A stretch of 64,000 bases of DNA from Leucoraja erinacea (Eukaryota): the NCBI RefSeq assembly GCF_028641065.1, contig NC_073391.1:45880001-45944000 (forward strand). The letters run 5' to 3'. The stretch's first letter is position 1. Each line of letters starts with the position of its first letter. Both the position numbers and the translations under genes were made by a program. Under the pieces are notes generated by a model. The model was not told where the DNA came from. It ran no database searches and was given only the letters and a program-made list of their open reading frames with translations. Below are positions 11,947 to 24,012 of the stretch, piece by piece.

Positions 11947-13536
11947 CTACTCAGTGTGAATTTGCTGGTTGGTCTCCAGATCAACAATGCAAACCTGCCC
12001 ACAGTTGGGAGAGACAAATGGTTTCCCCGCAGTGTGAACTCGCTGGTGGGTCTTCAGCTGGGAAGACTGAATGAATCCCTTCCCACACTCAGAGCAGGTG
12101 TATGGCCTCTCTCCAGTGTGAATTCTCTGGTGTCTTTGTAACGCAGCTAAGTTAGTAAATGCCTTCTCACAGACAGAACAAGTGTACGGCTTCTCCCCAG
12201 TGTGTATTCGCTGGTGTATTTGTAGCCCATGTAATTTACCAAACCCCTTGTCACACACAGAACAAGTGAAGGGCTTCTCTCCCGTGTGAGTCCGCAGGTG
12301 TGATTTGAGCTGAGACGCATCCATAAATCCCTTCTCACACACAAAACAAGTGAACGGTCTCTCCCCGGTGTGAACTCGCTCATGTCTTTTCAGGCAGTTC
12401 AACCCAGCGAATCCTTTCCCGCACACAGAACAGGCGAACGGCCTCTCCCCAGTGTGAGTCCTCTGGTGTAATTGTAGCCGAGATGTATCTATAAATACTT
12501 TCCCGCACACAGAACAAGGGAATGGTCTCTCCGTGGTGTGAAGTCGTTGATGTTTTTTCAGGTAGTTCAACCCAGTGAACCCCTTCCCACACACAGAACA
12601 GGCGAACGGCCTCTCGCCAGTGTGAATCCTTTGGTGTGACCGTAGCCGATATGAATGTATAAATCCCTTCCCACACACAGAACAAGTGAATGGCCTCTCC
12701 CCAGTGTGAATAGGCTGGTGTGTCTGTAGCTGCGATAATTGTACAAATCCCATCCCACACACGGAACAAGTGAACGGCCTCTCCCCAGTGTGAATTCGCC
12801 GGTGGGTCAGCAAGCTGGAAGAATCAGTGAATCCCTTGCCACACTCAGAGCAGATGAACGGCCTCTCGCCGCTGTGAATCTGGTGGTGTGTCTGTAGCCC
12901 AGAGAAATCAGCAAATCCCTTCCCGCACACAGAGCACGTGAACGGTCTCTCTCCAATGTGAATTCGCTGGTGTTTCTGCAGCCCACATAATTGTGTAAAT
13001 CCCTTGCCACACTCAGAGCAGATGAACGGTCTCTCCCCGGTGTGAATTTGATAGTGTGTCCTGAGGTTTGCCAATTGAACAAAGCCCTTCCCACACTCAG
13101 AACAGGTGAATGGCTTCTCCCCAGTGTGAATCAGCTGGTGTCTCTGTAGCCCAGAGGATGCACTAAATCTCTTCCCACAAACAGAACAGATGAAGGGCTT
13201 CTCCCCCGTGTGAATTATCTGGTGTTTCTTCAAGTTGCAGGCTTGAGAGAATCCCTTCCCACAATCGGGACAGGGAAATGTTTTCTGATCAGTGTGAGCT
13301 CGCTGTTGGTGTCTCTTCAGGTGGCAGGCTTGAGAGAACACCTTCCCACAGTCTGGACAGGGAATTGGTCTCTCCTCACCATGAACTTGCTGTTGGTGTC
13401 TCTTCAGGTTGTTTGTTTGAGTGAATCCCTTCCCACAATCGGGACAGAGAAATGGTTTTTCCACAGCGCGATCTTGCTGGTGGGAAGATTGAGTGAATCC
13501 CAGTTCACTCTTGGAGCTAGTGAATAATGTCTCCAT
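11947..13536 (-). CDS. C2H2 ZNF gene D, 17 fingers, about 529 aa
   Basis: Intact ORF from ATG (METLF) at 13536; acceptor TTTTTTCACAG|G with exon start at 13658. Confidence 0.88.
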   Translation of the reverse strand: METLFTSSKSELGFTQSSHQQDRAVEKPFLCPDCGKGFTQTNNLKRHQQQVHGEERPIPCPDCGKVFSQACHLKRHQQRAHTDQKTFPCPDCGKGFSQACNLKKHQIIHTGEKPFICSVCGKRFSASSGLQRHQLIHTGEKPFTCSECGKGFVQLANLRTHYQIHTGERPFICSECGKGFTQLCGLQKHQRIHIGERPFTCSVCGKGFADFSGLQTHHQIHSGERPFICSECGKGFTDSSSLLTHRRIHTGERPFTCSVCGMGFVQLSQLQTHQPIHTGERPFTCSVCGKGFIHSYRLRSHQRIHTGERPFACSVCGKGFTGLNYLKKHQRLHTTERPFPCSVCGKVFIDTSRLQLHQRTHTGERPFACSVCGKGFAGLNCLKRHERVHTGERPFTCFVCEKGFMDASQLKSHLRTHTGEKPFTCSVCDKGFGKLHGLQIHQRIHTGEKPYTCSVCEKAFTNLAALQRHQRIHTGERPYTCSECGKGFIQSSQLKTHQRVHTAGKPFVSPNCGQVCIVDLETNQQIHTE

Positions 13537-14293
13537 GCTGGGGAATTTATGGTGCCTCGTCGGCTCAGTTGACACAGTGAATCCCTCCCAGGTGTTCAGG
13601 TGCTGGTTATCTGAAGGAGTTTGAGATTCCTGAGCATCAATCCTCTGCTTGTTCTATCCTGTGAAAAAAGGTTTACACTAAATTAACAGGCAAAATAAGC
13701 TGGGGGAACAAGCCCTCATCTTCTATCTGAGCTCCACATCAGATTCGCTGACACAAAAGGACACAAAGTGCTACAGTAATTCAGCGGGTCAGTCAGCATC
13801 TCTCGAGAGCATTGATATGTGATACTTCGATTCAGGGCCCTTCTCCTGGTCGGATGCGTTACTATAGCACTTTGTAAATATTAATGCAAAACAGCATCTG
13901 TGGTTCATCGTACCTACGGATCACACTCTCCGGTGAGCAGGGAACACGTGCTCGCTTTTCCCAAATAATCGCTGGTGTGTTACCCATGGCCGCCTTATTG
14001 CCCACAACCCCCCGCGAACCAGAAACTGGTCTATCCATCACGGTCCAACTGACACCCATGCGCTGAAGTGCCGGCTGCCGCCAGCCAGCTCCTCTAGGAT
14101 CTTTGGCCAGCACCGTCCCGGACGGGAGAGAGGCACGGACCGGCACCGTCGCCCCACCATAATCAGTCCGGAGAAGGGCCCCGACCCGAAACATGCTGAA
14201 ACCCGAAACTGAGTTACTCCAGTCTTGCGTCGATCTGCATTTGGAATAAACCTGCATCTGCACTCCCTTTTTATTATCTGTATTATATCTAAT

Positions 14294-14580
14294 CACGGTG
14301 GCGTAACGGTAGAGCTACTGCCCGCCTTACACCGCTTGCAGTGCCGGAGACCCAGGATCGGTACCGACCACATGTGCTGCCTGTATGGAGTCTGTACGTT
14401 CTCCCCGTGACTACGTGGGTTTTCTCCGAGATCGTCGGTTTCCTCCCACACTCCAAAGACGGGCAGGTCTGTCCGCTAACTAGCTTTGTGTAAATGTGCA
14501 AAAAATGCCCCTAGTGCGTGCAGGACAGTGTTAACGTGTGGGGATGTTGTTCGGCGCAAACTAAACTAAATCAAAACAAA
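14294..14580 (+). mobile_element. tRNA-derived V-SINE (HE1-like) in intron of gene D
   Basis: tRNA-like head, V-domain GTTCTCCCCGTG..GGTTTCCTCCCACACTCCAAAGAC, (AAACT)n tail. Confidence 0.8.
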
Positions 14581-15289
14581 TCGCAGGTTTCTGTCTGTCT
14601 GTCTGTCTGCATCAGAGTGGGCCATTTCTGCGACGATGCTAATTCTATTCGACACTGGGGGTAGATGATCGAGCTGCTCGAAAATGACTCAAACTGCCGG
14701 AGAATCGCCGCGGGTCGGCACCATCTCCCAGTTGCCAAAACCCCGGCACCCCCTCTCTCTCAGTCCCTCCCCCACCTTAGTCGTACTAGTTTTACTGTCG
14801 GTACACAAAGATGTTGGAGAAACTCAGCGGGTGCAGCAGCATCTATGGAGCGAAGGAGATAGGCAACGTTTCGGGCCGAACCCTTTCTTCAGACTGTCGT
14901 CCTGTTTAGCTCATCTATCTGGAATGTCACCTATCCCACGGCTAACAATTGTGTTTCCCACGTTTCCTTGGGGATTATCGTTGCTTTTTCCGTACGTTCC
15001 ATTCATTTCTCCAGTGTACCGTCTATATCTCTCGTTCTGCTCTCCTATATTCTCAGTCTGAAGATAGGTCTCGACCCTATTTCTTTTCTACAGAGATGCT
15101 CTGGTGTGGGCAAATTTGGCCGAAGGGCCTGTTTTCGTACTGTATATCACTCAATGACTATGACTCTATGCTGCCTGACCCTCTGAGTTACTGCAGCTTT
15201 TTTTTGTCTATCTCTCTAGAGAACATGGATACGCGATCTTTCGAGTCGGGACCTTTTTTTCTGTCCGGCTGCACTTTGTGTCGGTTTTT

Positions 15290-15695
15290 GTGAAGCCGCA
15301 CCCGCAGTTCCCTGTATCTACTGACCAGACTATCCAGGGGGCAGGGAATCCATGTTTACGCTTCCATGGCCGCACCGTTCCCAGGTGACGGGCCACCGTG
15401 TCCCCGAGGGCCGCACCGATTCTCCCCGCAGCCGGGGGCCGCTCCTCAGGCCGGGCCTCGGTGTTGCCTGATCCCGCGCCCGGATCCCCGCTCCTACCCG
15501 CCGCCGATCCTCCGGAGTCTTTTGTCCACGGACCGCATGCGCGCCTTGGCCGCACCTACATCGGGGCTCTCCGCGCCTGCGCGCTTGGTGTCGCCTGCAA
15601 CATAGGGCGAGTTCTGGGGCGCGGAGGTTTCTGGGTAAAATCGACGCCATGGACATGATCTGAAATCACCGGCTCAACGTTCCCCAGTGGACAGC
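15290..15695 (-). promoter_or_regulatory. CpG promoter / exon 1 of gene D
   Basis: Cluster promoter repeat; donor GG|GTAGGA with intron start at 15497. Confidence 0.75.
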
Positions 15696-16359
15696 AGTCA
15701 CTTGGTCTTTTTGTGTGCAGACTCGGGAGACAATTTAACACAGCTAGCTCCCTCAAGCGACATGATGAATTATTTTTTCAAATTAAAACACATCGAAGGG
15801 GTGGGAATTTCGAACTGTAATATTGTGGTTCTGCAGCAATTGTGATCCAAAGAAAACACGTGCGCCAGACAATGGCGTTAGAACAAAATTGTGTCCAAAG
15901 AAAGATGGTTAAGGGGGTGAGAGTGCTTTCATGACTCGCAATAACAATATTTCCCAGGGCATTTTCAAAGACAACATTCAGTTTAGTTTATTTTCATGTG
16001 TAAGCTGTTGTTGCTTACTAACCAGCCAGTGGATAGACAATACATGATTGTTATGACTCGCACTATCAATACTTCCCAGAGCATTTTGAAAGATAAAGTT
16101 TAGTTTATTGTTACGTGTAATGTGGTGCAGTGAAAAGCTTTGGTTGCGTGCTAACCAGTCAACGGAAAGACAATACATGATTACAAATGAGCCATTTAGT
16201 GTATAGATACATGATAAGGAGGATAACATTTAGTTCAAGGTAAAGCCTTGTAGAGTCCGACCAATTATAGTCTGAAAGTCACCTATGAGGTACAGTAGAT
16301 AATAGTTCATGACTACTCTAGTTGTAGTAAGTTGATTCAGGACTACTCTAGTTGTAGTA

Positions 16360-16756
16360 GGTACCGGGGTTCGGCAGCGGGCCAGTGGACGACGTCGCCA
16401 ACAGCTGCGTCCGCTGGACTGGAGGGCGGCAGCTTCGACTACCCCGGGCCGCGGTGTTTGAACCGGCCCGTTCGCGGAGCTCGGTGAGCCGCGGGACTGA
16501 TTTTACCATCGCCCGGTGGGGTATCGCCTCAGCGCAGAGGGAGAAGAGGAGGGAAGAGACAGCAGCCCTAAGATTTTTTGCCTCCATCACAGTGAGGAGG
16601 TGCTTGGTGGACTCACTGTGGTGGATGTTAATTTGTGTTTACTGTCTGTCCTGTTGTCTATTATTGTATTGTTGTATGTATGAGTGCAGGCACGAAATTT
16701 CGTTCAGACTGAAAGGTCTGAATGACAATAAAGGAAATTCAATTCAATTCAATTCA
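16360..16756 (+). mobile_element. GC-rich non-autonomous retroposon with (AATTC)n tail
   Basis: Second copy at 57448-57750; CACAGTG..CACTGTG hairpin and terminal stem-loop. Confidence 0.65.
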
Positions 16757-17011
16757 GTTGCCGGATAACAGCTGGGAAGAAACTGGCCCTGAATCTGAAG
16801 GTGTGCATTTTTCACTTATATACCTTTTGCCCAATGGGAGTGGGGTGAAAAAGGAGTGACTAGTTCTTGATGATGCTGCTGGCCTTGCTGAGGCAGAGTG
16901 AGGTAAAAATAGAGTAAATGGACGGAAGGTTAGTTTGTGCGATGATCTTGCCTGTGTCCATAATTCGCGGCAATTTGTTGCAGTCTTGGAAGGAGCTGTT
17001 CCCAAACCCAT
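16757..17011 (-). mobile_element. Rex/Babar LINE 3' ORF remnant
   Basis: KASSIIK..FTPLPLGKRY resembles the Rex1 C-terminus. Confidence 0.6.
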
Positions 17012-17189
17012 CTGACAAAGTCTCTGTAATAGCTACAAGTTTATTATTGTCACGATAATTTTTTTTATTAAAGGTTCGATCTGCATGTGCCACTATCAGC
17101 AGGCTATCTCAAGAGAATCCCTTCCCACTTGGGCATAGGGATGGCGTAGAGGTAGAGTTGGTGCCTTACAGCGCCAGAGACCCAGGTTT

Positions 17190-17576
17190 GAATTTTTTGA
17201 GGATTTAACTAGGGAAATGGATAAAGGAGAGCCAGTGGATGTAGTGTACCTGGCTTTCAGAAAGCCTTTGATAAGGTCCCACATTGGAGATTAATGGGCA
17301 AAATTAGAGCACATGGTATTGGGGGTAGGGTACTGACATGGATAGAAAATTGGTTGGCAGACAGGAAACAAAGAGCAAGGATTAACGGATCCCTTTCAGA
17401 ATGACAGGAAGGCTCGGTGCTGGGACCGCAGCTTTTTACAATATACATTAATGATTTAGACAATAGACAATAGGTGCAGGATTAGGCCATTCGGCCCTTC
17501 GAGCCAGCACAGCCAATCAATATGATCATGGCTGATCATCCCCAATCAGTACCCCGTTCCTGCCTTCTCCCCATAT
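17190..17576. mobile_element. CR1 RT fragment (+) and CR1 tail (-)
   Basis: VDVVYLAFQKAFDKVPH..W..NWLADRKQR on +; CR1 tail 17458-17576 on -. Confidence 0.75.
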
Positions 17577-17684
17577 TTAGATCACGGGTGGGGAACGTTT
17601 TCATGTTGGAATGTCGCATTAAGTTAGCTGTAATCTAATAAGGCCGCATCCAAGAAACCTCAATTAGATATACTTCAAAATGAG

Positions 17685-18100
17685 TGGAGGAGAGGCCGTT
17701 CTGAGTGTGGGAAGGGATTTAGTGACGTATCTGTGCTACAGAAACACCAGCGGATTCACACTGTGGAGAAGCCGTTCACTTGTTCTGTGTGTGACAAGGG
17801 GTTTGGTAAATTATACGGGCTACAAGTACACCAGCGGATTCACACTGGGGAGAGGCCGTTCATCTGCTCTGCGTGTGGGAGGGGATTCATTCAGTCTTCC
17901 CAGCTGAAGACCCACCAGCCAGTTCACGCTGTGAGGAAACCATTTACCTCTCCCAACTGTGGGCAGGTCAACACTGATGACCAACCAGCAAATTCACGCT
18001 GAGTAGAGGCTGTTCACCTGTTCTGTATGTGCGAAGCGTTTCGCTTGATTATCTGAGGTCATGGCTCACTGGCTTGTTCACACTCCGAGAAAGTTTAAGT
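17685..18100 (+). pseudogene. ZNF 3' fragment E
   Basis: About 3 terminal fingers plus the cluster-type 3' end; no 5' part. Confidence 0.75.
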
Positions 18101-18221
18101 AAGATTTTGGTTCAGTGTTTAACATCTCTTGTCCACAAGCGATTGCATGTTTTGTGACTGTGGTTAATCTTGATGTTCATCACAACCAGGGCTAATTTGG
18201 GGTACATTTGAGGATTGTATT

Positions 18222-18530
18222 TATAGAAACATAGAAATTAGGTGCAGGAGTAGGCCATTCAGCCCTTCGAGCCTGCACCGCCATTCAATATGATCATGGC
18301 TGATCATCCAACTCAGTATCCCGTACCTGCCTTCTCTCCATACCCTCTGATCCCCTTAGCCACAAGGGCCACATCTAACTCCCTCTTAAATATAGCCAAT
18401 GAACTGGCCTCGACTACCCTCTGTGGCAGAGAGTTCCAGAGATTCATCACTCTCTGTGTGAAAAAAGTTCTTCTCATCTCGGTTTTAAAGGATTTCCCCC
18501 TTATCATTAAGCTGTGACCCCTTGTCCTGC
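18222..18530 (-). mobile_element. CR1 3' fragment
   Basis: Same family as 1343-1901. Confidence 0.85.
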
Positions 18531-18694
18531 CCCTTGTCGTTAGTACTTCATAAAACCGGGCTGGACTTTAATATCTTGGATACGTGACAAATAAAGTTCT
18601 GTTGTAAAACCTCTGTGACTCTCTTTGCATACAATATACCTCGGTAGACCATTTGGCTGTTGATTGCTTTGTAATGTTCTTGTCAGTCTTTAAC

Positions 18695-19130
18695 CCGAGT
18701 GATTTCAGATTATGTCCATGGCGTCCTCTTTTCCCAGAAACCCCCGCGCCCCAGAACTCGCCCTATGTTGCAGGCGATACCCAGCTGGATCCCCTCCGTA
18801 GCGAACTACCCATCTTGCTCTGCTCTAAGATCTTTGATACCAAGCGCGCAGGCGCGGAGAACCCCGGAAGTGGTGCGGCCAAGGCGCGCGTGCGGTCCGT
18901 GGACAAAAGACTCCGGAGGATCGGCGGCGGGTAGGAGCGGGGATCCGGGCGCGGGATCAGTCAGCACCGAGGCCCCGGCCTGAGGAGCGGCCCCCGGCTG
19001 CGGGGAGAATCGGTGCGGCCCCCGGGGACACGGTGGCCCGTCACCTGGGGACGGTGCGGCCATGGAAGCGTAAACATGGATTCCCTGCCCCCTGGATAGT
19101 CTGGTCAGTAGATACAGGGAACTGCGGGTG
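18695..19130 (+). promoter_or_regulatory. CpG promoter / exon 1 of gene F
   Basis: SBS-like site, GCGCAGGCGC, CCGGAAGT at 18864-18871, donor GT at 18931. Confidence 0.75.
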
Positions 19131-19443
19131 CGGCTTCACAAAAAAAGGACACAAAGTGCTGGAGTAACGCAGCCGGTCAGAAAAAAGGTCCCGACTCGAA
19201 AGATCGTCTATCCAAGTTATCGACAGATAGACACAAAAATCTGCAGTAACTCAGAGGGTCAGGAGGCATAGAGTCATAGTCATAGAGTGATGTACCGTGT
19301 GGAAACAGGCCCTTCGGCCCAACTTGCCCACACCAGAGCATCTCTGGAGAAAAGAAATAGCCGACGTTTCTGGTCGAGCCCCTTCTTCAGAGTCAGGGGA
19401 ACTGGAGATATAGACGGTACTTCAAAGGTCCAGTTATCTGTTT

Positions 19444-19650
19444 ATTCTCTGCCACAGAGGGTAGTTGAGGCCAGTTCATTGGCTATATTTAAGAGGGAGT
19501 TAGATGTGGCCCTTGTGGCCAAGGGGATCAGAGGGTATGGAGAGAAGGCAGGTACGGGATACTGAGTTGGATGATCAGCCATGATCATATTGAATGGCGG
19601 TGCAGGCTCGAAGGGCCGAATGGCCTACTGCACCTAATTTCTATGTTTCT
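19444..19650 (+). mobile_element. CR1 3' fragment
   Basis: NSLPQRVVEASS..ELD remnant plus tail. Confidence 0.85.
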
Positions 19651-20079
19651 ATTTTCACGTGTACCAATTAAGGTGCAGTGAAATTCGAATTACCATACAG
19701 CCATGGTAAAATAAAAAGCAACAAGACACACAATTACATGAAAATTAACATAAGCATATTGCCCACATTCCTCACTGTGATGGAAGGAGCTATTTTTTTT
19801 TGCAGATTCGAGCGCACTTGTTTTTTTTACCTTGTTGATTAATTGTTTGTACATTACAATCTGTCGAGCAGAGAGAAAGAACCGAGTTGTCTGAACATTT
19901 TTCTGATTGTTTATATTATAGAGCAAAAATATCGAGTGTTATTGTGCTGAAATCTCACTTGTGTAATAGAAGAAATGCAAAAACATTCATGTTACTGTGC
20001 AGAATTTTAAGCATTCATTTATTGCTTCTAAATTTACAGCAGAATCCATTTTTTAACTTCGAAATCTTTAAACTCTTAA

Positions 20080-21315
20080 ACCCCCGCCTCAGGCCCTCTC
20101 CCTCCACACTCCAGGATGCTCGCCCCCTCAACAGCGGTGGTTTACATCGAGATCCTGGGGGGATTGAGGGAGAGGGAGGGGGAAGTGGAGGAGGGAGAGT
20201 GGGGTAGGAGGGGGATAGAGGGAGAGGAGGGGTGTTATGGAGGGAGTGACAGGCTAGGGGAAAGGAGTGGAAGGGAGAGGGGGAGGGAAGGAGGGCAGGG
20301 GAAAGAAGGGGAGGGTGTGCTTGGGGATGAGGGGGAATGGAGGAGGATAGGGGTCGGAAGAGGGATGAAGAGGCGCAGTTGGGGGAGGGTTGCTGTGACT
20401 CGCGTCACAATGGAGATCTCTGGCGTTATAACGGGAACCCCTCAGCCGCACCTGCGCAGATGGGGGCTATGGGTGAGTGTTGGAATATTGCGTTGGGGGA
20501 ACGGGACCCAACGGGTCCCACTTTGTCTAGGATATTATGACATACTTTACAATGATGAGAGGGATAGACATGAGAGGGATATTATGACGTACTTTACAAT
20601 GATGAGAGGGATAAGCTTTTCCCACTGAAAGTAGGGAAGATTCAAACATGAGAACATGACTTGAGAATTAAGGGACAGAAGTTTAGGGGTAACATGAGGG
20701 GGAACTTCTTTACTCAGAGAGTGGTAGCTGTGTGGAATGAGCTTCCAGTGAAGGTGGTGGAGACAGGTTCGATTTTATCTTTTAAAAATAAATTGGATAG
20801 CTATATGGACGGGAAAGGAATCGAGGGTTATGGTCTGAGTGCAGGTAGATGGGACTAGGGGAGAATACGTGTTCGGCACGGACTAGAAGGGCCGAGATGG
20901 CCTGTTTCCGTGCTGTAATTGTTATATGGTTATATCACTAAACCTCTCATCTTGTCTGTGTGCGTGCATGCGATTCATGACCCGAATTACGCCAAAATGG
21001 TACACGATAGCGCTACAGTTTATGGACCAGCTAACTAACTTGTCCTGTGGTGTGTTTTTTTTTAAAGTCCTGGCAGCAAGTGCAATTGTACTTTTTTTTT
21101 TTAAGTTTAAAAAGAGGAGGGGTGGGACTGGTGGGGGATAAGGGGAAAAGAGCCGCCCCTGCGCAGTTGGGGACCATGGGCGAGTGGGGGAATATTACGT
21201 TGGGGAACGGGTTGCTTTGGGGGAACCAGACCTCACCTGTGACAGGGTCCCACTGGCGCCACTTGGTTCCCCTAACACAATATTCCACCACTCACCCATA
21301 GCCCCCAACTACATG
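20080..21315 (+). mobile_element. Helitron-like non-autonomous element(s), interrupted by CR1 at about 20595-20935
   Basis: Hairpin GGGACCC-AAC-GGGTCCC at 20503-20519 followed by CTAG at 20527-20530. Confidence 0.5.
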
Positions 21316-21773
21316 CAACGGATACCCGTAAAATCGTAGGTAGACGGGTTCCCTGCCCACTGGAGAGTCTGATCAGTAGATGCAAGAAACTGCGGGTGCT
21401 GGTTTACAAAAATATTCACATAGTCCTAAAGTAACGCATCCGATCAGAAGAAGGGCCCTAAATCTAATTATCACCTATCCACGATCCTGAGAGATGCTGC
21501 CAGACCCACTGAATTATTTCAGCACTGGGCCAGTTTACTTTCAGCCTCGCTATCACGGTTTGATGTCACAGTTCACCATGGAGACTAAAATTACCTCGTC
21601 TGAAACACCGATCTTTGCCTGTTAATTTAGTGTAATCCTTTTTTTACAGGATAGAACAAGCGCAGGATATTGATGCTCGGGAATCTCAAACTCCTTCAGT
21701 TAACCTGCACCTGAACGCGTGGGAGGGATTCACTGTGTCAGCTGAGCCGACGAGGCACCATAAATTCCGCAGC

Positions 21774-23192
21774 ATGGAGACATTATTCACTAGCTCTGAG
21801 AGTGAGCTGGGATTCACTCATTCTTCCCACCAGCAAGATCACGTTGTGGAGAAACCATTTCCCTGTCCCGATTGTGGGAAGGGATTCACTCAAGCAAACA
21901 ACCTGAAGAGACACCAACAGCAAGTTCACGCTGAGGAGAAACCAATTCCCAGTCCTGATTGTGGGAAGGAATTCTCTCTGGCCGGCAGCCTGAAGGAACA
22001 CCAGAGAATTCCCACGGGGGAGAAGCCATTCACTTGTCCTATGTGTGGGCAGGGATTTACTGCATCATCTGGGCTACAGACACATCAGTTGATTCACATG
22101 GAGGAGAGGCCGTTCACCTGCTCGGAGTGTGGGAAAGGATTTATGCAGTTATGCCACCTACAGTCACACCAGCGGATTCACACTGGAGCGAGGCCGTTCA
22201 CTTGTTCTGAGTGTGGGAAGAAATTTATACAGTCATCTCACCTAAAGTCACACCAGCGGATTCACACCGGGGAGAAGCCCTTCACCTGTACTGATTGTGG
22301 GAAGGGATTTACTGCATCACTTGGGCTACAGAGACATCAGCTGATTCATACTGGGGTGAAGCCATTCATCTGCTCCGAGTGTGGGAAGGGATTTATGCGG
22401 TCATTGGACCTACAGTTACACAAGCGGATTCACACTGGAGAAAGGCTGTTCAGTTGTTCTGAGTTAGGGAAGGGATTTATTGACATATCTGTGCAACAGA
22501 GACACCAGCAGATGCCCAGCGTGGAGAGGCCATTCACCTGCTCTGAGTGTGGGAAGGGATTTATGCGGTCATCTCACCTGCAGTTACACCAGCGGATTCA
22601 CAGCGAGGAGAGGCCGTTCACCTGCTCTGAGTGTGGCAAGGGATTTATACAGTCATCTCACCTAAAGTCACACCAGCGGATTCACACTGGAGAGAGGCCG
22701 TTCGCTTGTTCTGAGTGTGGAAAGCGATTTATTGACGTATCTGGCATACAGAGACACCAGCAGATGCACAGCGGGGAGAGGCCGTTCATCTGCTCTGTGT
22801 GTGGGAAGGGATTTGTACAGCCATCTCACCTACACTCACACCAACAGATTCACACTGGGGAGAAGCCATTCACTTGTTCAGTGTGTGACAAGGGGTTTGG
22901 TAAATTATACGGGCTACAAGTACACCTGCGAATTCACACTGGGGAGAAGCCGTTCATTTGTTCTGTGTGTGGGAAGGGGTTTACTAACTTAGCTGCATTA
23001 CAGAGACATCAGAGAGTTCACACTGGTGAGAGGCCATACACCTGCTCTGAGTGTGGGAAGGGATTCATTCAGTCTGCCCAGCTGAAGGCCCACCAGCGAG
23101 TTCACACTGCGGGGAAACCATTTGCCTCTCCCAACTGTGGGCAGGTCAACACTGATGATCTGGTGACCAACTATCAAATTCACACTGAGTAG
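21774..23192 (+). CDS. C2H2 ZNF gene F, 15 finger units (13 intact), about 472 aa
   Basis: Intact ORF from ATG 21774; acceptor TTTTTACAG|G with exon start at 21650. Confidence 0.88.
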   Translation: METLFTSSESELGFTHSSHQQDHVVEKPFPCPDCGKGFTQANNLKRHQQQVHAEEKPIPSPDCGKEFSLAGSLKEHQRIPTGEKPFTCPMCGQGFTASSGLQTHQLIHMEERPFTCSECGKGFMQLCHLQSHQRIHTGARPFTCSECGKKFIQSSHLKSHQRIHTGEKPFTCTDCGKGFTASLGLQRHQLIHTGVKPFICSECGKGFMRSLDLQLHKRIHTGERLFSCSELGKGFIDISVQQRHQQMPSVERPFTCSECGKGFMRSSHLQLHQRIHSEERPFTCSECGKGFIQSSHLKSHQRIHTGERPFACSECGKRFIDVSGIQRHQQMHSGERPFICSVCGKGFVQPSHLHSHQQIHTGEKPFTCSVCDKGFGKLYGLQVHLRIHTGEKPFICSVCGKGFTNLAALQRHQRVHTGERPYTCSECGKGFIQSAQLKAHQRVHTAGKPFASPNCGQVNTDDLVTNYQIHTE

Positions 23193-23416
23193 AGGCCGTT
23201 CCCCTGTGTGTGGGAAGGGTTTCGCTCAGTCTTCCAACCTAGTGAGGCATGAGTGAGTTCACACTGGGGGGGTTAACCATCGCAGTTGCTGAATCCGTTT
23301 GCTGTTGAACTAAGCTCTGTTCACAGTTGCTGAATCTGGTTGCAAGTCCACAAGTGTCTGCTGGTGTTGGACTATGCGGTATCTGCTGCTACTCATCACA
23401 TCTAGGACTGAATACT

Positions 23417-23548
23417 TGTTTAAGAAAGAACTGCAGATGCTGGAAAAAATCGATGGTAGACAAAAATGCTGGAGAAACCCAGCTGGTGAGGCAGCATCTA
23501 TGGTGAGAAGGAATAGGCGACGTTCCGGGTCGAGACCTTTCTTCAGAC
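23417..23548 (-). mobile_element. Penelope-like terminal fragment
   Basis: Homologous to 44065-44165. Confidence 0.7.
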
Positions 23549-23720
23549 CAAAGATCTTAGAGCCGAGCAAGATTGACCACTCCTACAAACTCCAATGGAC
23601 TGACGTGTAGTACGCAATGGAGCGTAACTTCCGCCATTTCAGTAAACCCGACCCGACTTCATTTATGCTTCTTGCAGTGTAATCAGCAATGCGGGGGAAC
23701 AGTTTGTGTGTTTTTAAATG
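23549..23720. mobile_element. End of a TIR DNA transposon (CAAAGATCTTAGAGC)
   Basis: Same terminus as the 8-bp-TSD footprint at 33559-33594. Confidence 0.55.
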
Positions 23721-23844
23721 TTTTTTTAAATTTTATTTTTAAATGGCTCATGCCCTGTGTTTGAATTGATTTTTGTATTAAACTTGCACTCTAATTCATC
23801 TAATCCCATTGTTCACAACTGCTTGTATGCACCCATAAAGGCAA

Positions 23845-24012
23845 TTATATTTATATAATATATAATAACACATATATATTTGTTTTATATATATATATAT
23901 ATATATGTGTGATACATATATAAATGTGATATAGATGCATATAATTATATAACACACACACACATATATATATATTTCTAGTTTCTTATATATATGTAAA
24001 CACATATACATC
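23845..24012. repeat. AT/CA-rich microsatellite
   Basis: (TA)n and (CA)n runs. Confidence 0.85.

Noticed and set aside
11872-13527. Long antisense and alternate-frame ORFs over finger arrays (also at 45636-46163, 49253-49708, 54922-55396)
   Set aside because: A known by-product of repetitive C2H2 codon structure; no independent starts or domain features
14294-14375. tRNA gene
   Set aside because: Degenerate tRNA-like head continuous with a V-SINE body
15208-15756. Recurrent ORFs over the GC-rich repeat (NAEPVISDHVHG.., MAPSLPRNLRAPEL..)
   Set aside because: Frames are broken by indels between copies while transcription-factor motifs persist; better read as promoter sequence
16470-16560. 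HDV-like ribozyme in the GC-rich retroposon
   Set aside because: Could not assemble the nested double pseudoknot by eye; would need a covariance search
18931-21649. Hidden KRAB or other effector exon in intron 1
   Set aside because: No KRAB-A-like peptide or conserved open exon seen in any paralogous intron; content is explained by repeats and the inverted module
21735-21773. GTG starts given by the ORF track (MSAEPTRHH..)
   Set aside because: Eukaryotic context; the conserved AGCATGG 13 codons downstream is the plausible start
23190-23260. Programmed readthrough of the conserved linker TAG
   Set aside because: No recognised readthrough context, and the downstream finger is frameshifted or stopped again before the last His in several copies
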